From: Octopus vulgaris
Lineage: Eukaryota
Assembly: GCA_951406725.2 (NCBI GenBank)
Contig: OX597816.1
Span: 17,484,001 to 17,548,000, forward strand
Reading direction: 5' to 3'
DNA length: 64,000 nt
Shown: positions 53,975-64,000 of the stretch, piece by piece
Numbering within the stretch: position 1 is the stretch's first letter
How the letters are laid out: each line of letters starts with the position of its first letter
Position numbers and translations under genes: made by a program
Notes under the pieces: generated by a model
The model's database searches: none
What the model saw: the letters and a program-made list of their open reading frames with translations, nothing else
What the model was told of the DNA's origin: nothing

Positions 53975-54460
53975 TGTAGGGAGTGGAAATTCGAACGTTT
54001 CGGATAGAGTCCATCTTCAGAGAAATGTTGGCAGGAGTAATGAGAAACAGCAAAGTTTAACAATTACTAAGTCAGAAAAGCTGACTGCAGCTGATAAGGA
54101 ACGCAGGACCACGAGATCTTTGTACGAGAAACAAAGAGTGGTTTGGAGAAAGAGCCTGTGTGAAAGAAGCAGGAAGAAAGAAGAATGGAATGAGGAAGTG
54201 ATGCGTGTGAAATTGGGAGTGAGGTGAAGGAAAGAGATGAGATGAGTGAAGTGTTGATGGATAAGAAAATGTTTAATGGACTAAGAGCTGGTATAGGAGC
54301 AGAAGGAAAAGGCGTTTAGGTATAGGAGCAGAAGGAAAAGGCGTTTATTTAAATTTGTCGGGGACATGGCACCAAGCTCGAATATGAAATGCTGTTCCCT
54401 CCATTACCTTGAGAATGTGAATCCATAGAGTGCGGAGATGCCGCATAGTGATAAGTAAGT
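53975..54460 (-). pseudogene. Penelope-like element 3' end (GIY-YIG C-terminus, pyrimidine-rich UTR, hammerhead)
   Basis: REQHFIFELGAMSPTNLN matches the PLE endonuclease C-terminal E..IF.LGT..P.GLN motif. Confidence 0.8.
53990..54024 (-). ncRNA. Minimal hammerhead motif of a Penelope-like element
   Basis: Minus strand: TTCT-CTGAAGA-T-GGA CTCTA TCC-GAAA-CG-TT-CGAA. Confidence 0.6.
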
Positions 54461-55677
54461 GTTTACAATGGAGACGTTTATTCAATTTTGGGCTTATGAC
54501 AAGTACTAGTAGCAAATGAAGAGATAAACAAGTTAGTCATATCGATTGTTAATTTATTTTTGCTTATCAGTTAACCCTTCAGACCTGAATAACTTTTTTC
54601 ATATGAAAAAAAAATTGTTTTACTGATTTCAAATACGTCATGCGATGTTAATAAAACAAAAACAGAAACAACATAATATATCATTGTGAAAAAACATCTA
54701 TACGGTATAGTCAGAATTTTAGAAAATTACCATTTCGAGATTAACCCGTATAATTATATTTTCCATGACATATCCATACTGTAACTGAGATTTGATTAAT
54801 GGTGTGTAATAAAGTCAAAAGGAACTCCAACGAAGGTATTTTGAAATGAGCCAGACAAATTTTGCAAATATGTAAAATCAATATTAGCTTTGGCTAATTT
54901 TCTTGATCAAAAGCTCTGTTAAGGTTGTTTTAAACATGAGTTTTATTAAGTAATATAACTAACAATAATAATCATGCATTGCCTTCTCCATTTCAGTATG
55001 TAGCTGCAGACACAACAATTGATAAAACATCACTTGATTCAGCTGAGGTACGTTGTTTTAGGTAAAAAGAAAAAAGTTTTAACGAATTTTAATAATTGAT
55101 ATCACAAAAGTTTTGTGGATTCAACAGAGTAAAATTTAAGAAATAAACACAAATTAGTATTAGAATCATTATTCCAGGTTTCAGAATTTAATTTACTTAA
55201 GTGTTCATATATGTAGTACAATAGAACAGAAATTGTTAAAAATCTGAATTATCAGCTTAAAATAATTTACTAAAATGTCGAATGATTCTTGTGAAAATGT
55301 TTTATTTTGTTTTAAAAACTGTTGAACAAGGTTGTTAGATAATTTCAGCTATTCTCAACGATTTCAAACAAAAGAAAAAAAAAGAATGATGCTATTTTTA
55401 GCGGTTACTGAAACAGATTGTACAATCGAAATGCAAGTGCAATCGGCGGCTATCTTGCAGTAGTTTTGGTTTCGTTGTCTCAATAAATTTTAAACATTGC
55501 GAAATACCATGGGGTCGAATGGAGGGAGCACTCTTCCAGCAGTGACAGAGATTTGGCTCCAGTTTCTCTCGTTTAAGCAAAAAAAAAAAGCAGTGGATAA
55601 ATGCAAACAGGTCACAAGGGAACAGCGACTAAGTTGTATCGATGAGGAAATCACGAACCGCCTGAATGCTAAATCTG

Positions 55678-55982
55678 AGACCCCCTTCGGTCACGACACA
55701 GACCATGGGATTGCACCTAGAAAGTTACCCTCCCAGGCACAAGTCCGGGCAAGATTGTTTGTGGAAGACCAGCAGTCACCCATGCTATCCAAGGGAAAGG
55801 CAAAGGCCGATACAGCTTGGCAGCAGTGACGTCGCAACTTATTTCTACAGCTGAGTGAACTGGAGCAACGTGAAATAAAGTGTCTTGCTCAAGAACACAA
55901 CACGCAGCCCCGGTCCGGGATTCGAGCTCACAACCTCACGATCGTAAGCTCGACGCTCTAACTACTGAGACATGCGCCTTCA
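55678..55982 (-). mobile_element. SINE family C
   Basis: Reverse complement of 41001-41337. Confidence 0.85.
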
Positions 55983-56049
55983 TGTAATTTAACGGCCATC
56001 TTTGCCTTGTACTTTCGGACAATTTGATCCTGGCAGAATATGAAGCAAT

Positions 56050-57750
56050 TCTTGAAACTGGTGAGACATACATCAACTTGAACTCGATTCCAAATTTGGA
56101 AATGCTCTTTCACACGAAAGAACAACAATAAATGATTTCTTTACAAGATATTTACATGGTGAAGTAGACACAAACTATTGCTTCGCCTGTTTGCTGACAA
56201 CTGTACCGATCCATCCAACGAAGACCAACTTTATTAAGTGTTCACTCAGTCGGAAACCTGTTCGTGGCCAATGACGAATTTCAAGGATTTATTGTTGAAG
56301 TAATATTTTTAGTTATTGGTGCATTCACAGGACTGTAAATACATTCATGTAAATATCAAGGAGTACAATTTAACGGAGTTGTGCAACATTCTTGGAAAAC
56401 TTCTGCTGTGCTTAAACGTTTGGAATCATTCGATCGAAGGCTTAAGCTATATATTGTCATGTACATTCTTTAAATGTCAGTGAATGATGGAAACTACAAT
56501 GCAGCAATACAATTTGTGACAATAATGTTTGACATGGTGAGTAACAGTCAGGGGACTTCTGCGCTAAGGAAGTATTCATCCAAGCTAGAGGATCCATTTG
56601 GTGAATTTGGAAATAAGATATGAATGCCTGAAAGCAAATCAACGCCTATTTGTATCTTAACTTTGAGTGCTTGCTTCAGGTACAATACGCGTTGTTGATC
56701 TTCAAAGAATATCTGATAGCTATTCGGTTCTGTTAGAGTGCTGGTAAGAATGCGAGCTGTCACATATGATATCGAAGTTAGAGGCTGTATAAGATGGATG
56801 TTACCCTCAAAAAGAAAAGCTTATTTCTTCATAGGGTAAAATTTGGGTCAGTTCTTATAATTATATACAGACAACAGTTAGAAATGAGTTATCCTTGGTT
56901 GGTTGGATGGTTGGTTGAATGGCTGGCTGGCTGGCTGGATAGATGGATGGATGGACTGGCGTCCCATCCAGCGTAGTGGGATTGGTGAGGATGGTAAATA
57001 CACCAAAGTAAACAGCTGAATGTGAGCAAGAGATAGACAGAAGACTGAAACTTCTAAACAAGTTTTGAAAAATAGACGGAATGAAGACTCATTTTAAAGT
57101 CTATGATGATATTGTGTGGAAGGCAGGAACAGAGTATTTCATCACAGAACCTGTATTAGTAGAGAAGAAATTGGTATTTAGAAAAATCGAAACGGGAATT
57201 GGGGAAAATAACTTTCCGTCAACAACCCAAGACCATTACAGACGCATATTTTTTAAGATAAATACTGTAAACTTTTCTATAAAGCAGCGCTTTTGAGCAG
57301 GTGAGTTTCGTGATATATTCAACTCTGGATGTTTCTCATAAAGTCGACCAACAAAAAGAAAACTTGATAAGAAATCAATTTTATTAAGGAATGATACGCT
57401 GATGACATTGATATTAATTCCTTGATAGCTGAACTTCCGGCATTTGAAGCTTCTGTGTTTGGCTGTCATTGTAGACTATCTGAATGAATAACAGCGGATG
57501 ACAAACACCTAATAACAGAGATTTGTACAACTTGCCAACTTTTACTGGTAAATCCTACAACATCTGCTGCGGCTGAACGAATATATTCCTTGGCAAAACG
57601 ATTAAAAGACATGTCTTCGGTCAAGAATGACACAAGACTGATTGAATTATCTGTCTATATTTTCATTTCACAAAGAACGGACAGACAAAATAAATCTGAT
57701 TGCAGAAGCTGCGGAATTTGCTTCCTGAATTTAGAATAGGCTTAGAATTT
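56050..57750 (+). pseudogene. Decayed hAT transposase (ZMYM1/DUF4371-like with hATC dimerisation domain)
   Basis: LFADNCTDPSNEDQL..EFQGF near 56190; LLLVNPTTSAAAERIYSLAKRLK-TCLRSRMTQ..LNYL..HKERTDKINL near 57540-57720. Confidence 0.8.
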
Positions 57751-58384
57751 CCAGAGAATCTGCCTGGTTTGATAGTAAATTAATTTGAATAATAAAGTTT
57801 TATAATTTCCTCTGTTATTTTTCTTTTCGAATGACAGTCTGTAATTGATAGCTTACTGTTTGATATGTTACAAATTTTAATGAAAACCTTTCAAACCTTC
57901 CAGGTAGAGAAATCATAGAACTGGGTTTTTTTTTCTTCTTTCTGTGCCTGCAGTTAGAATCGATATCATCTTTTAACATTAATTTAAAATTTTTGACTGG
58001 TGAAAAATAATCGTTAGAGCATCGGCCACAATGCCTGCGGTATTTAGTAACTAAACGCCTTTCTTTTTATTATTCCGAAGAAGATAAAATAGGTACCAGC
58101 GAAGGGTTGGAATCGTAATATCGATTCTTTCTTCTACCATGGTATTCTACAGACGCAAGAAATCAACGTTAGTTTACTCTTCAAGCCATAAATTTAAAAC
58201 CTGAACGTTAGTAAGCGTTTTAACAATCTTCACTTTCTCTTAACATGTTAATACGGAATTTTTATTAACCCATTCCCTTTCGACAAATAGCGCCATAGCG
58301 TCTGCGCTATATCGATTGTAACATTAACACGGCCAGAAATTTTACACAGTCGATAATGCGACTGAAGATATATTACTCTTAGAC

Positions 58385-58695
58385 TGTTACTCTTTCCCTT
58401 GCTTCGGTCATTAGATTGTGGCCATGCTGGGGCACCACCTTCAAGTGTTTAGCCGAATAAATCGACTCTGGTGCTTATTTTGTTCCGGTTTTTATTATTC
58501 TGCCCGTATATTTTGCTGAATCAGTAAGTTACGGGATTGTAAACAAACCAACAGCGATGTCAAGTTGTGGTGGTGTGGAGAAATGCAAACACAGACACAA
58601 ATGAACACGCATATATACACCTTTATGTATGTATGTATGTATGTATGTATGTATGTATGTATGTATGTATGTATGTATGTATGTGTCTGTCTGTC

Positions 58696-58736
<41 letters not shown>

Positions 58737-58925
58737 ATCTCTATATATATATGACGAGCTTCCACACAGTTTCCGCCTGTCAGATTCACTCACAAGGCAT
58801 TGGTCGGCTTAGGGGCTATTGTGAAAGAAAAAAAAATGACACTTGTCCAAGGTGCCGCGCAGTGGGAACGAACCCGAAAACAAAAGCTTGCAAAAGAACG
58901 CTTCCCAACTACACAACCATATTCA
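58385..58925 (-). mobile_element. SINE family B, older copy
   Basis: Homology to family B tail and head. Confidence 0.8.
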
Positions 58926-59234
58926 CCCATCTACATTTTATTCAGCCATTTTATAACCTTCTGCTCGCAAAGACAACATGGATGCCACTAGTCTGAAGTG
59001 GCTCGGAAAGAGACCAAGTTTACATAGATACTCGATACACTCAACAAAACAAACGACTTAGTCAGCTTAGTGTGTGATATTGAATTTGGCGGATTAGTAC
59101 TTAATAGTAATTATATCAGTTTAACACAATACTAAAATCGAAAGCAGAATATTGTCATATTGCAGAAGGAAACTTCGATAAATTCTCTTTCATCATAATT
59201 TTATTGCGAATATCAAAGTTTTAAAGGCCTATAA

Positions 59235-59565
<331 letters not shown>

Positions 59566-59680
59566 TTATCTATCTATTTATCTATCTATATATATATGGC
59601 ACAGAAGAAATTTTGGCTTCTATTTTTAGCGGTACTACCCTTGTATATGCTCCCGTACTACCCTTGTGTATATATATATA

Positions 59681-60145
59681 GAGGGCATTATTACACATAA
59701 ATGCCGCACTCTAGGAGGGACTTTTAAAGTCATAACTACTAAATATAAACAAATCGTACCGAATGCAATTCTCGAAGCGAGTCAACTCGAAGCGGTTGTC
59801 TATCTGGTTTGTTGATTTTGTTCATTAATGATATATCTTGAGTTCGCTACACTGACGAGCAAGGGACGCAGATACTGCGTTAATTGCGAAATCACAGGTG
59901 ATCTGTAGCTAAATTCTGTTTTTAAATGACTCGCTTCGAGAATTGCATTCGGTACGATTTGTTTATATTTGGTAGTTATGACTTTAAAAGTCCCTTCTAG
60001 CGTGCGGCATTTATGTGTAATAATGCCCTCTATATAATATAAATAAATATCTTCAAGTGAAAAAATTTACAGATTTTTTCTCTTATGAGGTTTTTCACGC
60101 TAACTACTTGATAATTTCTTATTAAGATTTTATTCTATTTTTTAA

Positions 60146-60147
<2 letters not shown>
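59681..60147 (+). mobile_element. Penelope-like element with inverted duplication, between (TA)n tracts
   Basis: 104-bp inverted arms at 59681-59784 and 59927-60030 enclose a hammerhead. Confidence 0.75.
59846..59909 (+). ncRNA. Type I hammerhead ribozyme, canonical core
   Basis: GCTACA-CTGACGA-GCAA..GACGCAG ATA CTGCGTT..TTGC-GAAA-TCAC AG GTGA-TC-TGTAGC; cleavage predicted after AUC (59903). Confidence 0.85.
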
Positions 60148-60230
<83 letters not shown>

Positions 60231-60234
60231 TATG

Positions 60235-60268
<34 letters not shown>

Positions 60269-60498
60269 CATATACATATATACATCTATATATATATCTT
60301 TTATATTTTATATATTCAAATAAAGGTTATAAACCTCATTAAGGGATAGTAAAACCCAATGAAAATACTGGTTAGTTACCAATCCATAGAAAGTTCAACT
60401 ATAAACCGTGGTTCATATATTTATATATTTAAAGAATAAGGAGAAAATGGAGAAGCAATTAATAAAATATCATTTATTAATTATAAAATATGACAACA

Positions 60499-60585
60499 TC
60501 TCTGACAGCTGTTTCGATTCAGAAATCTTTAGATAATTAATTTATAAAATTAAAATCATTATAAGATGAATCTCCTAAGCGGTAG
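60499..60585 (-). ncRNA. Degenerate hammerhead motif
   Basis: Minus strand: CTTAGGA-GATTCA...TGAATC-GAAACAGCTGTC; G5 mutated and stem I weak. Confidence 0.55.
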
Positions 60586-60639
60586 TGAAGATATACCGAT
60601 TAGAAATACATGTTGAGGTAACAGTTAGAAACTTTCATA

Positions 60640-61038
60640 TCTTTATACATAAAAGTGAAGTTGTGTGTCTGTCTCCTACGATTTAGATTCCTAACTACTG
60701 CCACATTTTGCGGTGCAGTTTAACCAAAACCGGGTATCTTATAGTCGTGATTCATTCGAGCCCTTCAGGGTATTAGCGCACGTCTACGATGAGTCTACGA
60801 TTTAAAAAAAAATTTACCATTTTTTCCCATTTTAATGCATTATTTTCGCTATTATATAAGGGCAGTAACTCTCTAAAAATGTCTACGATGAGTCAACGAT
60901 TTAAAAAAAAAATTTACTATCATTTGTTTTCCATTTTTAATGCATTTTTCTTGCTATTTTTTTTTGCTATAATTCTCTAAAAATGCTTATATAGTTATTT
61001 CCCTTACAAACCCGAGCAACGCCGGACGATACTGCTAG
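60640..61038 (+). mobile_element. Non-autonomous Helitron, full length
   Basis: A|TCTTTATACATAAAAG ... CCCGAGCAACGCCGGACGATACTGCTAG|T; internal ~100-bp direct repeat. Confidence 0.9.
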
Positions 61039-61055
61039 TATATATATATATATAT

Positions 61056-61207
61056 GGCTGTGTGGTAAGTAGCTTGTTTACCAACCACATGTTTCCAGGT
61101 TCAGTCACATTGCGTGGCACCTTGGGCAAGTGTTTCTACTTTAGGCTCGGGCCGATCAAAGACTTGTGAGTGGATTTGGTAGAGGGAAACTGAAAGACAC
61201 CCGTCGT
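61056..61207 (+). mobile_element. SINE family B, 5' half
   Basis: Head and CORE-like segment running into (TA)n. Confidence 0.85.
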
Positions 61208-61237
61208 ATATATGTATATATAACTCATTTGTATATG

Positions 61238-61324
<87 letters not shown>

Positions 61325-61358
61325 ATATATGTATATATAAAGATACATATATATATAT

Positions 61359-61402
<44 letters not shown>

Positions 61403-61431
61403 TTATATGCACGAACGTATTCATATTATAC

Positions 61432-61481
<50 letters not shown>

Positions 61482-61489
61482 GCAAAATC

Positions 61490-61528
<39 letters not shown>

Positions 61529-62857
61529 GTGTGTATGTGTGTGTGCGTGTGTGTGTGTGTGTGTGTGTATGCCAGTTTGAGCTTCAGCCTTTCTGAGAAA
61601 TAATGAATGCATGTTTTTTTTTTTCTGCCTTTCAACAACCGCATCTCCTACCCGCATCACAAAACTCATATACACGTAATTTGGCAAATGCTGTCAACCC
61701 GCACACATCGAGATTTTATTCAGCAAACTTATTTAGCGTAAGAAAACAAATATGGCGTGCTGTGATTAGTTCATCCCGTCGTCATTTTGTCCCATGGTTG
61801 AGGCGTCGATGTGGTGTTTAGTTGCCATTCTTAAAATTCTAGTTACTGACATGGAAGGGTAAGATTTATCAATGTTCATCTTACTACATTTTCAAGTGCG
61901 TAGTATTTGAAATTCATTGTTCACACGGGAAAACGTTAAATGCAAATTTCTTCATTGACAAGAAGCTTTTCCACATGTGAAAAAACAAAAAGCAAAAAGA
62001 AAAACAGCTGAAGACAAAAAAAAAATGAAAAGAAAAAACGATAAAAGAAAGAAAAGAAAATGAAAGAAGTGAAAGAAAAAAATAGTAATACAAAAATAAA
62101 TGACAACGAAAACATACAAAAGTAGATCAAATATCAATAAAAGGAAAAAAAGAGAAGAAAAATAGAAAAAAAGAAACAAAAAGCAAAGGAATACAAAATA
62201 AAATGTAAAAGAAGAAAAATGATGTTTTTAGTTTGAAGAAATAATAATATAATGAAAAACGGTAAAATATGGTGCTAAGAAACTGTATAACGTCTGTTTT
62301 CTCAATGGTGTTTTCGAGCCTCGGAGGCAGCAGCCAATTCGCAGCCGCTGCTTGTACACATGTGTCTGTCTACAAACGAAATTTAAATCACCATCAACAA
62401 GTATCTCATATATATAGAAATAGAAGAACAGAAGGAAGAAAAAGAGAGTGAAGGGAGAGAGTGGGGGAGAAATGTGATAGAGAGGTAGAAGGATAGAGAG
62501 ACAGAAAGAGAGAGTGAGAGGGAAAGAGTTATACAGAGAAGGAGAACGTGTAAAAGAAAAAGAGGTGGGAGAGAGTGGAAAGGAAAAAAAATATTATGTA
62601 AAATGATATTCTAAGGGGAGAAGAAATTCAAGTAGGAAGACATGGTACACACAGACACACATTAACGCACACATTAACGCACACATACACGCGCGTGTAC
62701 GTACACAAGCATGAATAAATATATACATCCATATATGTATGTATATATATATAAGTGCATATATATATATATATATATATGAATATATGCATATGAATGT
62801 ATATATATGTATATGTATATATGCATGTATCTATCTATCTATCTATCTATCTATTTA

Positions 62858-62890
<33 letters not shown>

Positions 62891-63061
62891 GTGTGTATGT
62901 ATATGTGTGTATATATATATATGCATATATGTATATATGTATATATATATGTACGTATGTATATATATTTATATGCATGTGTAGGTATGTATTTATGTAT
63001 CTATTTGTCTATTGTATATGTGTGTGTATATATATAGAACATACATACATATATATATATA

Positions 63062-63275
63062 TTTCTTTTCTTTTATTTCTTTCAGTCATTTAACTGCGGC
63101 CATGCTGGAGCACCGCCTTTTAGTCGAGCAAATGGACCCCGGGACTTATTCTTTGGGAGCCTAGTACTTACTCTATCGGGCTCTCTTGCAGAACCGCTAA
63201 ATGACGGGGACATAAACAAACCAGCATCGGTTGTCAAGCGATGTTGGGGAGTGGGGACAAACACACAAACATATA
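63062..63275 (-). mobile_element. SINE family B, 3' half
   Basis: Tail homology. Confidence 0.85.
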
Positions 63276-63311
63276 CATACACACACACACACACACAGAC
63301 ACACAGACACA

Positions 63312-63373
<62 letters not shown>

Positions 63374-63698
63374 ATTAGATATTCATCTTTTACTGGTTTC
63401 AGTCAAACTATTGCCGCCATGCTTGGAGCATCGCCTTCAACAAACTCCAGTCAATCACATAATCGTTTTGTTCTTGTTTTATCGAATCACTATGTTACGC
63501 TTTTGGAAACGATACCAGATTATTTTTACCGGTCAGATTGGAAACAGACGCACACTACTAGCATTCACGCACACACAAACACACACACACACACACACAT
63601 ACGTGCACACAGTCTCTCTCTAACGGACACGCATACACACACATACGTACGCACATACAACCACAAGTACACTCTTCTGCATACAAACATATTTATGT

Positions 63699-63893
63699 AG
63701 GAATGGCTGTGTGGTAGGTAGCTTGCTTACCAACTACATGGTTCCGGGTTCAGTCCCACTGCGTGGTATCTTGGGCAAGTTTCTTCTACTATAGCCTCGG
63801 GCCGACCAAAGCCTTGTGAGTGGATTTGGTAGACGGAAACTGAAAAAAGTCTGTCGTATATATGTATGTATATATATATATATATATATACAC

Positions 63894-63924
<31 letters not shown>

Positions 63925-64000
63925 TATGTATTTGTGTGTGTATATATATGTATGTATATATGTTTGTGTGTCTGTGTTTGTCCACCCAACATCGCTTGAC
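63699..64000 (+). mobile_element. SINE family B, runs off the window end
   Basis: Head, core and internal (TA)n. Confidence 0.9.

Overview
Very AT-rich, microsatellite-saturated eukaryotic DNA with no recognisable intact protein-coding gene. The repeat complement most resembles an octopus/coleoid cephalopod intron or intergenic region (inference). Almost all long ORFs in the track are artefacts of (TA)n, (CA)n, (CAT)n and (ACT)n tracts. The window holds at least five tRNA-derived SINE families (about 50 copies or fragments) and decayed fragments of Gypsy, R4/Dong, HERO, L1/Tx1, RTE and Penelope-like retroelements. It also holds mariner and hAT fossils, MITEs and four non-autonomous Helitrons. 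Highlights: (1) at least six different minimal type I hammerhead ribozyme motifs, mostly in short Penelope-like elements lodged in or next to (TA)n tracts. One is framed by a 104-bp inverted repeat and one has a compensatory U3-A8 core. (2) A SINE that appears to insert into its own head sequence, producing single-head multimers. (3) A GC-rich structured segment resembling the 3' part of 7SK RNA. (4) A Helitron carrying an internal L1/Tx1 ORF2 fragment. All family assignments come from reading motifs by eye, not from database searches.
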